DNA of 64,000 bases. It comes from Turneriella sp. (lineage in GTDB: Bacteria > Spirochaetota > Leptospiria > Turneriellales > Turneriellaceae). The notes below the pieces were generated by a model. That model made no database searches. It saw only the letters and a program-made list of their open reading frames with translations, and had not been told where the DNA came from. The stretch spans positions 3,392,001 to 3,456,000 of the forward strand of contig CBDIID010000003.1 of the NCBI GenBank assembly GCA_965279515.1, written 5' to 3'. Position 1 is the stretch's first letter; the number at the start of each line of letters is the position of its first letter. A program made the translations under genes and the position numbers. Positions 29,317-39,958 of the stretch are shown one piece after another.

Positions 29317-30104
29317 AGAATATTTTTTTTATTATCGTAATGCTCCTGCAGATTGGTCAGGTAGCTTGTACGAATTCAGGAAACGCAACTGTGGCAATTG
29401 ATACTCTCTATCCCCTATCCCTGAAAGTGAGCCTGCCTTCTTATCCAAATAAGAAATTCTCTGCCTATTTGTTTGGCAATAACAAGCTAATCGGCGTAGT
29501 GCGTTCTAACAATGTGCTCGATGCTTCCGGGTCCCTAACCGTAAATATGATGGCCGTCGATGCGCAGAATTGTGCTACGTCGACCCAGGCTTTGGGGCCT
29601 AGTAGCATCCTTTACCATTTGCATGCCCGCGTCGACAGCAACTCTGATCCCAGCTTTGTCTATCCCTCGGGATGTCCAAGCGATGCCGGGTTGCTTTCCA
29701 TGGCCGGGCAGGGATACGCTACTTTGATCTCTACGTCCACATACAATGCCTGGCCCTATTATGTTTCTTATGTTTATAACACAACAACCGTAAGTTTTAC
29801 GTTTACAAATACCGGGCTCGGCACCGTCAGTCGCCAGGCGTATTGCAGCGTTTTGGACGGCCAAATACTCAACCCAAGTATTTCCGTCTCTTCGACGCTC
29901 GGCTATGCTCAGGGAGCAGTTTCTTTTACCGCCGGTACCGGCACGGCAACAACAACGATGAAATTTGAGCAGGGTGCAGCCATAGCTTTCAAATACGCAT
30001 GCTGGATCGATGCGAACGGGAGCGGCACTTATAATTCCGGTGATCTGATTGCTGACGGCACGGGCAGCTCCGCAACCATTTCAAACTGGAAGACGGTTCC
30101 TTAA
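29313..30104 (+). CDS. Hypothetical lipoprotein, tandem paralog of 28552-29316
   Basis: Shared YPNK.FSAY, GVVRSN, HAR.D, YP.GC.SDAG, GYAQG, CWIDAN; ATGA overlap. Confidence 0.78.
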   Translation: MKNIFFIIVMLLQIGQVACTNSGNATVAIDTLYPLSLKVSLPSYPNKKFSAYLFGNNKLIGVVRSNNVLDASGSLTVNMMAVDAQNCATSTQALGPSSILYHLHARVDSNSDPSFVYPSGCPSDAGLLSMAGQGYATLISTSTYNAWPYYVSYVYNTTTVSFTFTNTGLGTVSRQAYCSVLDGQILNPSISVSSTLGYAQGAVSFTAGTGTATTTMKFEQGAAIAFKYACWIDANGSGTYNSGDLIADGTGSSATISNWKTVP

Positions 30105-30111
30105 AATTCCG

Positions 30112-30894
30112 ATGCGAAAGTTGAAAAAATACCTTGTTGCCGCATCTTGCCTGCTTCTCGGCTTTAGCACAATTTATTCCCAAAAACCGGTAATTTCCGA
30201 ACGGCCAAAAGTAACGACGGACGCCAATGTCCCTTCTCTCCAATTTGATTCAGAAAACGAAAAATCGGAGGAAGAAGAATTACTCGAGCGGCAAAAGGCA
30301 GAGAAAGCAGCCGCCGAGAAAAAAGCGCAGGAAGAAGCCGAAAAAGCCAGGGCTGCTGCTGCGCGGAGACCTAAATTCTATGCCGGAGCAACAGGATTGT
30401 TAGGGGTTTCGCTCAATTCAATCCAAGGTGTAGGGTATGGTTTTGGTGGCCATTTTGGTGGTGTATTTTTTCAACGGTTGGGCCTGACCTTGGGTTTTTC
30501 CACGGGGCAGGTGAAGACGAAAGCAGCCCAGCTGAAAGCGGGGAATTCCACGCTCAATCTCAATAGTGGAAATACTCTGGGTTTTCTCGAATTTAACCTA
30601 ACGGCGTCTTATGTCTTTCCCCGGATTTCTGGCTTTGAGATCGCTCTGGGTGCGGGCGCCCAGCTTATCAGCCTTGGCAGCCCTTCGATCAGCATTAGCA
30701 ACGCCTTTGGTCCCTTGGCTGCCGTTTCGGCTCATTACCCCATGTTCAGCCGAATCGAAATCGGCATGATTAGCACCCTAGCTTTTTCCGGTGTGAACTC
30801 TGTTTCCTCGGGGTTTTCGGCGTACGGCTTAGATTCCCGGCAAAGTCTCATGGCCCTGAATTTTTTGGTCTCAATTCGATTTCAGCTTCAATAA
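30112..30894 (+). CDS. Putative outer-membrane beta-barrel protein with N-terminal charged helix
   Basis: Signal peptide, EKAAAEKKAQEEA helix, then Gly/aromatic beta strands ending VSIRFQLQ. Confidence 0.65.
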   Translation: MRKLKKYLVAASCLLLGFSTIYSQKPVISERPKVTTDANVPSLQFDSENEKSEEEELLERQKAEKAAAEKKAQEEAEKARAAAARRPKFYAGATGLLGVSLNSIQGVGYGFGGHFGGVFFQRLGLTLGFSTGQVKTKAAQLKAGNSTLNLNSGNTLGFLEFNLTASYVFPRISGFEIALGAGAQLISLGSPSISISNAFGPLAAVSAHYPMFSRIEIGMISTLAFSGVNSVSSGFSAYGLDSRQSLMALNFLVSIRFQLQ

Positions 30895-30965
30895 TTTTTC
30901 TCATTTCTGCTGCTATATTGCTTTACAACCACGGGCATGGCACCCTTCATCGGTCCGGAACGGGT

Positions 30966-31301
30966 ATGCAATTCACGCGGCGCGAAACGAATGGTACTGT
31001 CATACTGACGCTCTCCGGCGAAATCGAGATCTATAATACCGGCGCCGTTCAGGCAGAAGTCAAAGGCCTGATTGCCGCGAAAAAAGTCCGGCTGGTGCTC
31101 AACATGGAGGCGGTGCCGTTTATCGATTCGACGGGCATCGGCATGGTGCTGCAGTTCCAGAAAAATCTCAGGGCCGGCGGCGGCGGATTAAAACTCGCGC
31201 AAATTTCTCCCGCCGTAGATAAAGTTTTTCACCTGACGAAGCTGAATTCAGTCCTTGAAATTTTCGATTCCGAAGAAGACGCCATAGCCTCTTTCCGCTA
31301 A
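30966..31301 (+). CDS. STAS domain anti-sigma factor antagonist
   Basis: LSGEIE, V.FIDSTGIG, VF.LTKL. Confidence 0.9.
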   Translation: MQFTRRETNGTVILTLSGEIEIYNTGAVQAEVKGLIAAKKVRLVLNMEAVPFIDSTGIGMVLQFQKNLRAGGGGLKLAQISPAVDKVFHLTKLNSVLEIFDSEEDAIASFR

Positions 31302-31349
31302 ATTGCATTTTTTGGCTGTTTCGCGCGAAACTTCGGATATTGAACATAA

Positions 31350-32336
31350 GTGATTCCCTTTTCTGTTCTCGACCTGGCGCCGATCACCGAAGGCGGCGAC
31401 GCGACGACTTCTTTTAAGAATACGCTCGAACTTGCGCAGCGCGCCGAAGCGTGGGGGTATAACCGCTTCTGGCTGGCGGAGCACCACGGCATGCCGGGCA
31501 TTGCCAGCGCCGCGACGGCAGTGCTCATCGGCCATGTCGCCCAAGGCACAAAAACAATCCGCGTCGGCGCGGGCGGCATCATGCTGCCGAACCATGCGCC
31601 GCTGGTGATCGCCGAACAGTTTGGCACGCTCGAGTGCCTGTACCCCGGGCGCATCGACCTGGGGCTGGGCCGTGCGCCGGGCTCTGACCAGGTTACTGCG
31701 CAGGCATTGCGCCGCAATCTCGCGGTGTCGAGCGATGAGTTTCCGCAGGATGTCATGGAGCTCATCGATTATTTTGCCGCTGAACCGAAAGGTCGTGTGC
31801 GCGCGGTACCGGGTGCAGGCCTCAAGGTACCTCTCTGGATTTTGGGCTCGAGTCTCTTTGGCGCGCAGATGGCTGCGGCCTTTGGTCTTCCTTATGCCTT
31901 CGCTTCACATTTTGCGCCGCAGCTGATCGACGAAGCCATTCAGCAATACCGTTCATACTTCAGACCGTCGCAGTTTTTGGATAAACCCTATGTCATGCTC
32001 GGTTTCAATGCGATCGCTGCCGATAGCGACGCCGAGGCAGAGCTGCTCTCCACGTCAGGGCAGCAGGCTTTTGTGAATCTGCGCACGGGACGCCCCGGCA
32101 GATTGCCGCCACCGCAGCCGGGTTACAAAGACACTCTCGATCCGATGGCTCAGACGATGCTCGATCAGATTTTTTCCTGCTCGGCGATCGGTTCCGCGAA
32201 GACGGTGACGGCTTCTATTCAGAAATTCATCGAACGCACCCAGGCGGATGAACTCATGATCACGGCGCATATTTTCGACCACAAGGCCCGTTTGCGCTCT
32301 TATGAGATTGTATCCGAAATCAGAGAAGACCTCTAA
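31350..32336 (+). CDS. LLM class flavin-dependent oxidoreductase (luciferase-like)
   Basis: [45 protein letters not shown]. Confidence 0.93.
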   Translation: MIPFSVLDLAPITEGGDATTSFKNTLELAQRAEAWGYNRFWLAEHHGMPGIASAATAVLIGHVAQGTKTIRVGAGGIMLPNHAPLVIAEQFGTLECLYPGRIDLGLGRAPGSDQVTAQALRRNLAVSSDEFPQDVMELIDYFAAEPKGRVRAVPGAGLKVPLWILGSSLFGAQMAAAFGLPYAFASHFAPQLIDEAIQQYRSYFRPSQFLDKPYVMLGFNAIAADSDAEAELLSTSGQQAFVNLRTGRPGRLPPPQPGYKDTLDPMAQTMLDQIFSCSAIGSAKTVTASIQKFIERTQADELMITAHIFDHKARLRSYEIVSEIREDL

Positions 32337-32890
32337 GGATCGCGGCTTTGTGTTGGTTCAAGGGCAGCTTGCAAGGCTGCCTTCATGTCATCAGGCAGAC
32401 TCTTGACTCCTTTCAGAACCCAGTGACCGCCGTTTTGCCAGTGGGTGTCGAGCTCTGCCAGCGGGGGTGCATCCTGATTAGATAATATTTTGAGAGAGAA
32501 AACCACTTCGGTTCCACCATCGAGCAGCGCCCACGTGGAAAATAATCTGACGACGGGCCCCAGTTCCCGTACTTCAATCAGCATCTGCAGGTGGGGTTTG
32601 CCGGCGCGTGGTATTTCAGCCGTGGCAGTCGCGTCCAGGCGCTGCAGGGCGATTAATGTAAAACACGAAGATTCGCTGAAAAAATTCCGGATGCCTGTCT
32701 CTGCGGCGCGCTCCCTTTCTGTTATGTCTTTCTGGTTGGGGCGCCATTGGGGCCGCCAGGATACCGATACGGGAATTTTAGCTCCAGCCGTTTCACACAG
32801 GCTTTTCTTCAGCGGCTGACCCGTCGTTTCGACGCGCGTTGAGGCGCATGAAGATGCGCATAGAAGAGCTGCCAAAAAACAGGGCAGCAA
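32333..32890 (-). CDS. Hypothetical lipoprotein
   Basis: Lipobox-like ASSC; motifs VRELGP and GGTEV. Confidence 0.65.
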   Translation of the reverse strand: MLPCFLAALLCASSCASTRVETTGQPLKKSLCETAGAKIPVSVSWRPQWRPNQKDITERERAAETGIRNFFSESSCFTLIALQRLDATATAEIPRAGKPHLQMLIEVRELGPVVRLFSTWALLDGGTEVVFSLKILSNQDAPPLAELDTHWQNGGHWVLKGVKSLPDDMKAALQAALEPTQSRDP

Positions 32891-32903
32891 CGGGTGAAGG
32901 CCT

Positions 32904-33821
32904 TTACTTGCGCAGCGCAGCAGACTTCTTGATACCCAGCGCCTGATAGATTTTCAGCGTTGCTTTGGATTTGTTCAGGGTGTAAAAATGAATACCCGCG
33001 GCGCCGTTGTCGATGAGGTCGCGCACCTGTTCTGTCGCCCAGTGAATGCCCACGTTTTCAGCGTATTCGTCGTCTTCGGCGCGGGCCAGCGCACGCAACA
33101 GTTTTGCCGGAAAACGCGAGCCGAGCGAGAGTTCTGCCATACGCTGCATGCCCTTGCGCGAGGTGATCGGCATAATACCCGCAATGATAGGGACGTTGAT
33201 ACCGGCGAGCGCGCAGCGTTCCTGGTAGTCGTAAAAGTCACGGTTTTCGAAAAAGAGTTGGGTACAGATGTAATCCGCACCCGCATCGATTTTTGCTTTC
33301 AGATGATCGATCTCTTTGAGGCGGTTGGGTGTCTCGGGATGCCCCTCGGGGAAACCGGCGACGCCGACACCCATCTGCGGAAAATGTTTTTTGATGAAAG
33401 CCACGAGTTCGGCCGCGTAGAGAAAACCGTCGGGATGTTGCTGCCACTTGCCCTGCGCCTCTTTGGGGGCGTCGCCGCGCAGCGCCATGATGTTGTGGAT
33501 GCCGCTCTCTGCATAACGTTCGAGAATCTGCCTGATCTCGTCCTTACTTGCGCCCACGCAGGTTAAGTGCGAAACGATAGTGATACCGAGCTCTTGCGCG
33601 AGGCGCACGACGAGATCATGTGTCAGTTGGCGGGTCGAACCACCGGCACCGTAGGTGACGCTGACATAGACAGGCTCCAGCGGTGTCAGATCGCTGATGG
33701 TCTGGAACAGGGTGTCTGAGCCTTCCTGGGTCTTTGGGGGAAAAAATTCGAAACTCAGTGCCGGGCGATGAGACCGTAATACATCCGCGATGTGCACCTG
33801 TGGTGAGCTCTGTCGAACCAT
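32904..33821 (-). CDS. metF: 5,10-methylenetetrahydrofolate reductase
   Basis: SFEFFPPK, SVTYGAGGS, HLTC, ALRGD, TQLFF, HFYTLN. Confidence 0.97.
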   Translation of the reverse strand: MVRQSSPQVHIADVLRSHRPALSFEFFPPKTQEGSDTLFQTISDLTPLEPVYVSVTYGAGGSTRQLTHDLVVRLAQELGITIVSHLTCVGASKDEIRQILERYAESGIHNIMALRGDAPKEAQGKWQQHPDGFLYAAELVAFIKKHFPQMGVGVAGFPEGHPETPNRLKEIDHLKAKIDAGADYICTQLFFENRDFYDYQERCALAGINVPIIAGIMPITSRKGMQRMAELSLGSRFPAKLLRALARAEDDEYAENVGIHWATEQVRDLIDNGAAGIHFYTLNKSKATLKIYQALGIKKSAALRK

Positions 33822-34011
33822 CGTTCCCGCTTTCTGCTGAACTTAGCCTGTAAAGGAGAAACACGATGCGCTATTATGTCGCGCAAGTGCCCTCATGGCA
33901 TTATCACCGCGCCACAAGTTCTGCCAGCTTCGTTTCCTTTCATGGCGCATCCATTTTCAGCAGTGGGCGTCGCTCAGCGAATCTGGCAAAAATGCCGAAA
34001 CCTCAAAGGCC

Positions 34012-35184
34012 ATGATTATAGATAAGTCGGATGTCCGCATGTGGACGGAAAAAGTTTCGCAGACGACGCGCGAGCACCATATTCGCATAAAGGGGGCGGG
34101 TGAGACGACGCTCGCGCGCGGCGGCGAAGTCGTGGAGCGCCATGATTTTCAGGCGAACTTCAGGCCCGAAGAGGCCAAAAGCGGAGAGTTCGCATCCGTC
34201 GAAAAAATGCTCGAGGTGCTAAAAAAAAGCGCTGAGAAAAGTGGCGATGATTTTGATATCTTCGGCGTGCTGCGGCTCAAATTGTTACTCCTCTGGATGC
34301 TCATGCTGCGCCTGTTCGGCGAAGAAGAAGACGAGAAGAAAAAACAGCCGGTGGCGAAGGCCGGCATTTTCGAGGCGCCAGCCATAAATACCGGCGCGAA
34401 AATGCATGCCCTGCGACCTGTAAGCACCGCGCCGTTGACCGTGAGCGGCCGGCTAACGGCTGATTCGATCGAAGGTGAAACGCATGTCCAGGCCCGCGAG
34501 TTTTTATTTTTCGAAGCCCACGGTAAAGTGACCACTAAGGACGGGACGGAAATCCCGGTGGATATCCGCCTGAGGCTTGAAGATAACCGCAAGGATATTG
34601 TCGGTCTCGACAGGGATGTTGTGCAGTCACTGATCGACCCTCTGGTCATTAACTACGATAACGACAGCGCGCTTTTGACCGATGAGAAATTCACCTTCGA
34701 TCTCGATATCGACGGAGTACCCGACAATATCGCCATGCCGGCGTCGGGCAGCGCGTTTCTCGCGCTCGACAAGAACGGCGACGGCGTCATCAGCGACGGC
34801 TCAGAACTTTTTGGTGTCCGGTCGGGCGACGGCTTTAAGGAACTGGCGGCATTCGACGACGACAAGAACGGTTTCATCGACGAGGGCGACAAAATCTACG
34901 ACCAGCTGCGGCTTTTCACACGCGGGCCCGACGGCAAAGATATTGTCTTCACGCTGCGCGAAAAGGGTGTGCAGGCGATTTCGCTGGAAAATCTCGCAAC
35001 GGCATTGCGCCTGAAAGACGGCGACGGTGTTTTGCGCAAAACGGGTTTTATTCTGCGCTCGGGTAAATCGGCGTCGACCGTGCAGCATGTCGATTTGAAG
35101 CCCGAGCCGCTGTTGCCGGCACAGAACCTGAAACCATCGCCGCGTTCCGCTGCAGTGGGTGCCAAAAAACTTTTATCCACCTAA
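34012..35184 (+). CDS. Hypothetical protein with DxDxDG Ca-binding-type motifs
   Basis: DPLVIN, FDLDIDG, FLALDKNGDG.I.DG.ELFG, GF.EL..FD.D.NG.ID..D. Confidence 0.75.
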   Translation: MIIDKSDVRMWTEKVSQTTREHHIRIKGAGETTLARGGEVVERHDFQANFRPEEAKSGEFASVEKMLEVLKKSAEKSGDDFDIFGVLRLKLLLLWMLMLRLFGEEEDEKKKQPVAKAGIFEAPAINTGAKMHALRPVSTAPLTVSGRLTADSIEGETHVQAREFLFFEAHGKVTTKDGTEIPVDIRLRLEDNRKDIVGLDRDVVQSLIDPLVINYDNDSALLTDEKFTFDLDIDGVPDNIAMPASGSAFLALDKNGDGVISDGSELFGVRSGDGFKELAAFDDDKNGFIDEGDKIYDQLRLFTRGPDGKDIVFTLREKGVQAISLENLATALRLKDGDGVLRKTGFILRSGKSASTVQHVDLKPEPLLPAQNLKPSPRSAAVGAKKLLST

Positions 35185-35287
35185 AGGTTGACCGTGCGCG
35201 AATTCCGTTAACACATATACGCGGCGACACATTCCCGTATAGTTACCGTCGCTGATCATTTAAGAAAATTAAAACCCGGAGATAATT

Positions 35288-35662
35288 ATGAAAAAGAAAA
35301 TCATGCTGGCAATTGCCGCTGTCGCTTTTATTGCGGCTGCTTGCGGTGTCGGCAAACTCAAAGAAGACGGCGCTGCGTTTATGGAAGCCTGGAAATCAGG
35401 TGATAGTGCAAAGTCATTCGCGCTGATGCACGAAGCGCTGCAGAAAGAAGTCGGCGGAGCCGAAGGTTGGGCGACAATGAGCGCAAAGTTTAAACCCGCA
35501 AAATGGAGTTTCAACGGCTTCAATGTCAATGCCAACGGCGAGAGCAAACTCGACGGAGAGGCTGAGGGCGCCGACGGAAAAAAAGGCGAACTCGAACTGA
35601 AGTTCATGAAAGTCGACGGCGTCAACAAACTGCTCGGCTTTAATTTTAAGCCGGCGAAGTAA
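35288..35662 (+). CDS. Hypothetical lipoprotein
   Basis: MKKKIMLAIAAVAFIAAAC lipobox; SD GGAG upstream. Confidence 0.8.
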   Translation: MKKKIMLAIAAVAFIAAACGVGKLKEDGAAFMEAWKSGDSAKSFALMHEALQKEVGGAEGWATMSAKFKPAKWSFNGFNVNANGESKLDGEAEGADGKKGELELKFMKVDGVNKLLGFNFKPAK

Positions 35663-35675
35663 GCTGTAAGACGGG

Positions 35676-36473
35676 TTATCCGGCGGCGTATGCGCCGGGT
35701 GATTTGCCCGTCATTTTCCGAAACGCCCGAATGAAGTGCGCCTGGTCGTAATAACCCAGCGCGTGCGCCAGCCGGGCGAAGTCGGGTTTCCCTTTCATCT
35801 CTAAACGCTGCAGTGCTTCGTGCATGCGGTAGCGTTCGATCACCCACTTCGGGTTCACCCCAATATAGATTTTAAACAGCCGCTGCAGTTGGCGTTTCGT
35901 TATGCCGAAAATTTCCACCACAGTATCGACCTTATGAATCGCCGGGTTTGAAAGTATCTGGGCGGTAATCTTTTGTGCGAAAAGCGCTTCGGCATCGTGT
36001 GTGGGATTTACCCCGCGCAGAAAATCGCTGGCGCATGCGGATTGGGCACCGATGCCCTGTGTTTTGGCCATCGTTGCGGCAAATGGCTGCCATGCCTTGC
36101 CGAAAATTTTCTCCGGCGGCAAACACCTGTCCGTGAGCGTATTGAGCGGTGCCTTCAAAAAGGCGTGGAATGCGCCGGGCCGGAATTTGATACCAAAAGC
36201 TTCGCCGCAGCCTTCGAGCTTGCGTATAAAACGGCCGCGTGGTACACCGATGACTTCGGCGAGGCCATTTTCGAAGACGAGGTGCACCGAAGGGTGCGGC
36301 AGCGTCTGAGAGCTATAAGGGGGGCAACCCGTGAGATCCCAGGCGACAGCCCAGAAATGTTCGACCGTATTTGCAAGATCATCGGCGGGCATGCGCCGGT
36401 CGAGTTGGAAATTCTGGCGCCCCTTTTCGAGGTGCAAAACACCACGCGGTGGGGTGACCTTTTTTGCGGCCAT
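35676..36473 (-). CDS. AraC family transcriptional regulator
   Basis: VEHFW.V.W, LPHP.VH, RQLQRLF..YIGV.PK, GYYDQAHF.R.F. Confidence 0.92.
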   Translation of the reverse strand: MAAKKVTPPRGVLHLEKGRQNFQLDRRMPADDLANTVEHFWAVAWDLTGCPPYSSQTLPHPSVHLVFENGLAEVIGVPRGRFIRKLEGCGEAFGIKFRPGAFHAFLKAPLNTLTDRCLPPEKIFGKAWQPFAATMAKTQGIGAQSACASDFLRGVNPTHDAEALFAQKITAQILSNPAIHKVDTVVEIFGITKRQLQRLFKIYIGVNPKWVIERYRMHEALQRLEMKGKPDFARLAHALGYYDQAHFIRAFRKMTGKSPGAYAAG

Positions 36474-36522
36474 GGTCGCGTTTTTACAATGCGGCGCCTT
36501 TGGCAAAACTTATATTCCCCGC

Positions 36523-36951
36523 ATGAACGATACACTGACAACCACAGCGGCCATCGACCTTGCGGCGACTCCCGAATCAGTTTGGGATGCGCTGACAGAC
36601 CCTGCAAAAATAAAGCAGTACCTGTTTGGCACCGACACCGAATGCGACTGGCAAGTCGGCAGCAAAATCTATTACCGCGGCGAATGGGAAGGCAAACGGT
36701 ATGAAGATAAAGGCGAGATTCTGGAGATCGAATTCCCAAAGAGAATTGTCATGACTTACTGGAGCGGTTTTTCCGGGCAGGCGGATATCCCCGCAAACTA
36801 CCAGAAAATTACCTACAGTCTCGAAAAGACTGCCGGCGGCACGCGGCTGACTGTTGTGCAGGAAAACCACCGCGACCAGGCGACGCGCGACCATTCGAAT
36901 GAGAACTGGAAGCTCGTGCTCGAAGGTTTGCGCAAGCTCGTCGAGGTTTAA
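36523..36951 (+). CDS. SRPBCC/AHSA1 domain protein
   Basis: ATPE.VW.ALTDP..IKQY.FGT, DW.VGS, NWK.VL..L. Confidence 0.9.
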   Translation: MNDTLTTTAAIDLAATPESVWDALTDPAKIKQYLFGTDTECDWQVGSKIYYRGEWEGKRYEDKGEILEIEFPKRIVMTYWSGFSGQADIPANYQKITYSLEKTAGGTRLTVVQENHRDQATRDHSNENWKLVLEGLRKLVEV

Positions 36952-38234
36952 ACTTTCTCGGCGACGAGTTCGAACATTTCGATTTCGCCGAGGCTCTTGG
37001 CCGCCTGCAGGCCGCGCGAGCGCACGACAAAATGTGTTTCGAGTTCTTGCGCCGTTGCCGCCGAAAGGTTGATCTTGCCGATTTCACCCGCAGATTCCAT
37101 GCGTGCGGCGACGTTCACGGTATCGCCCCAGATGTCATAGGCGAACTTATGCTCGCCGATGATGCCGGCGACCACAGGGCCGGTATTGAGGCCAATGCGG
37201 ATATCCCAATGCGGCGAACCGTTTTTTACCGAATTGGCCTTGGTCTCAGCGATGACCGCGAGAAATTCGAGCGCCGCGCGCGCCGCGCGGCAAGCATGGT
37301 CGGCCGAAGGCTCCGGAATACCCGCGGCGCACATGTAGGCGTCGCCGATCGTCTTTAATTTTTCGAGGCCGTGCTTCTGCACAATCTTGTCGAAGCGACC
37401 GAACATGGCGTCGAGCGAGTGCACGAGATCGGCGGGTATCATCGTCGCGGCGAGGCGCGTGAAACCGACAAAGTCTGTGAAGATCACCGTGACCGCGTCG
37501 TAGTGCCTGGGCGCGTAGGCACCCTTCGCCTTCAGTTCGCGCGCGACGCTTTCGGGCATGACGTTCAAGAGCAGCTTGTCGGCGAGGTCGCGCTGTTCGA
37601 TAAAGGCATCTTCGGCGCGTGCGCTCTGCTGTGAAATAAAGCGGAACTCCAGGAAAATGATCAGGAATATGGCGAGCGCCATCGCCACATAATAGATCAT
37701 CCGCACCGGGGCATCCGGCACAGGCAGAAGTTCGGGATAATAGAGTATCCACAGGCGTAATCCCACAAAAGCCAGCAGTGAGAAAAAGACGCTCACCCGC
37801 CTCAGCAGGGGTTTTTTGTGGAGCACGAAAATGCCCATGCCCATGACGATGAGTATCCAGTATTCCAGGCCGTAAATACCGCCGAAGATGATGGTGATGC
37901 CGGTGATGAGCGCGGTCATCAGGTAGGCGAAGACGACGATTGGCCCGAAGAATCGTCTTGTCTTGCCGCGGTAAATGAAGATGGAGACGGCGAGAATGAG
38001 GGCGCTGAACGGCACCGCACCACCCCAGAAATAATTTTTGTAAAATGTATAATCGACCTTGAGTAGCGCGACCCAGGCGATGAGCAGCGATGAGCTCATG
38101 CTGGCGATCAGCATGATCGTGACCATCATCAGCTGGTTTGCCGCGATGTGCAGTTTTTTTTCGTCGGGCGAAACATCTTCAGGAACGCCAAAATGCGAAA
38201 CCCGCTGCCAGAAATTTTTGAAAATCCCGGTCAC
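36948..38234 (-). CDS. Membrane-bound class III adenylate/guanylate cyclase
   Basis: FTDFVGFT, KLKTIGDAYM, RIGLNTGPVVAG, YDIWGDTVN.A.RMES; about 6 TM. Confidence 0.93.
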   Translation of the reverse strand: MTGIFKNFWQRVSHFGVPEDVSPDEKKLHIAANQLMMVTIMLIASMSSSLLIAWVALLKVDYTFYKNYFWGGAVPFSALILAVSIFIYRGKTRRFFGPIVVFAYLMTALITGITIIFGGIYGLEYWILIVMGMGIFVLHKKPLLRRVSVFFSLLAFVGLRLWILYYPELLPVPDAPVRMIYYVAMALAIFLIIFLEFRFISQQSARAEDAFIEQRDLADKLLLNVMPESVARELKAKGAYAPRHYDAVTVIFTDFVGFTRLAATMIPADLVHSLDAMFGRFDKIVQKHGLEKLKTIGDAYMCAAGIPEPSADHACRAARAALEFLAVIAETKANSVKNGSPHWDIRIGLNTGPVVAGIIGEHKFAYDIWGDTVNVAARMESAGEIGKINLSAATAQELETHFVVRSRGLQAAKSLGEIEMFELVAEKV

Positions 38235-39043
38235 GGCAGGGGATTTTTTTCCAGAAAGGCAACGACCGCTTCACCGGTGCCGCCCGCCGAGCCCGGGTTT
38301 TGTCCCGTGATGAGGCGGCCGTCACTCACGACATGTGAACTAAAGGGTAAAAAGGCGCTGGAATAAGTACCGCCTTCCGAGCCCAGCCTGTCCTGCAGCA
38401 AGAAAGGGACGACGGATGTTTTCCCGACGATCTTTTCTTCGCCGTTGGAAAAACCCGTCAGCTTCTTGCCGGCAATCAGTTTCGTCCCATCCTTAAGCTT
38501 GATATTGACGAGGCCCGAGGGGCCGTGGCAGACGGCGGAAACAACTCCGTTCGATTCGTAAATCTTCGCAGCCAGCGTGGCAAGCGGGGCATTGTCGGGA
38601 AAATCCCACATCGTGCCATGGCCGCCGGCATAAAAGATCACGGCATAGTCAGCGGCTTTGATTTTCTGGGGCGCGAGCGGCTTTTCGATTTTTTTGCGTA
38701 AGCTTTCGTTTTCCCAAAAGGTCTGGTTTAAACTGTCGCCGAGGTCAAAGCTGTCGGGGTCCATGACCGAGGGCGCGCCGCCGGGGCTGGTGAAATCGAT
38801 TTCAAAACCCTGCTGCGCGAGGGCATGGTAGAAGTGCGTTACCTCCGAAAGCCAGTAACCCGTCTTCTTATCGGTTTGACCCATTTGCGCGTGCGCCGAA
38901 ACGACGATGAGAACTTTTTTATTTCCCGCATTCTTTAAGGCAGCGCTTGTCGGTACGCGCGGCTCACCGATGCGCAGATTTTTTCCGCAATGGAATGCCG
39001 TTGCAATACAGAGCAGGGCGAGCACCGCGTATTTGGGTTTCAT
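38231..39043 (-). CDS. DJ-1/PfpI (class I glutamine amidotransferase-like) protein, possible lipoprotein
   Basis: TGYW.SE, GGHG.MWD, AVCHGP, LITGQNP; N-terminal hydrophobic stretch ending in Cys. Confidence 0.9.
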   Translation of the reverse strand: MKPKYAVLALLCIATAFHCGKNLRIGEPRVPTSAALKNAGNKKVLIVVSAHAQMGQTDKKTGYWLSEVTHFYHALAQQGFEIDFTSPGGAPSVMDPDSFDLGDSLNQTFWENESLRKKIEKPLAPQKIKAADYAVIFYAGGHGTMWDFPDNAPLATLAAKIYESNGVVSAVCHGPSGLVNIKLKDGTKLIAGKKLTGFSNGEEKIVGKTSVVPFLLQDRLGSEGGTYSSAFLPFSSHVVSDGRLITGQNPGSAGGTGEAVVAFLEKNPLP

Positions 39044-39205
39044 AACCGATTTCCCCATATGTCTTAGCCTTGAAAACCCCAAACGGGTTTCCTTGGTTTC
39101 TTCGTTATCGCCTGAACTCTCCGCGCGAGCCATTGTTAACGGCGTGTTAACCGTTTGGTTAATTTTTTGGTCGCCAATCTGTTCAGGCCTTAATTTGTGA
39201 AGGTT

Positions 39206-39958
39206 ATGCGCATCATCGACATGAAAAATGTGCGGAAAGATTATCCGCTTGGGGAAACCACGGTGAGCGCGCTTAAGGGTGTCGATTTCAGCGTCGACGA
39301 AGGCGACTTGCTGTCTGTGGTGGGCCCCTCAGGTAGCGGCAAGACCACGTTGCTCAATATCATCGGCTGCATCGATAAGCCGTCATCGGGGGATGTACGC
39401 ATTGCGGGACAAGATATCACCGCGCTTTCTGATAATGCCCTGACTGACCTGCGCCTCTACACCGTCGGTTTTATTTTTCAGTCATTCAACCTGATTCCTG
39501 TGCTCGATGTGCGCGAGAATGTCGAGTTTCCCTTGCTGCTGATGCGCGAAAACGCGCCCTCTAAAATTGAAATCCGCGAGCGCGCTGAAAAGCTGATTGA
39601 GGAAGTGGGATTAACCTCCCAGATCAAACAGCGCCCCGCCGAGCTGTCAGGCGGCCAGAGGCAGCGCGTGGCCATCGCGCGTGCCCTCGTGACTAACCCG
39701 AAGATTGTGCTCGCCGACGAACCCACGGCGAACCTCGATTCCGATACCGGCTTTAAGATTCTCGAACTCATGCGCAGCCTCAACGAGCAGCATAAAACAA
39801 CTTTTGTTTTTTCTACGCACGACCCCGATGTCATGCAGTATGCGCGCCACGTGGTGAAGATCCGCGACGGCTTGATTCATGAGGACAGCCAGCTGCACAA
39901 CGGCAAGCCCGTCGGCCCGGCGAAAAAAACACGTTCGCAAAAATCAGATACGAAATGA
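39206..39958 (+). CDS. ABC transporter ATP-binding protein (LolD/MacB-like)
   Basis: GPSGSGKT, LSGGQRQRVA, LADEPTANLD. Confidence 0.95.
   Translation: MRIIDMKNVRKDYPLGETTVSALKGVDFSVDEGDLLSVVGPSGSGKTTLLNIIGCIDKPSSGDVRIAGQDITALSDNALTDLRLYTVGFIFQSFNLIPVLDVRENVEFPLLLMRENAPSKIEIRERAEKLIEEVGLTSQIKQRPAELSGGQRQRVAIARALVTNPKIVLADEPTANLDSDTGFKILELMRSLNEQHKTTFVFSTHDPDVMQYARHVVKIRDGLIHEDSQLHNGKPVGPAKKTRSQKSDTK

Noticed and set aside
33974..34001. Sigma28-like promoter (TCAG-N16-GCCGAAAC), and a similar GTCGATAA on the minus strand at 13509-13516
   Set aside because: The -35 matches are weak; plausible but not supportable without TSS data
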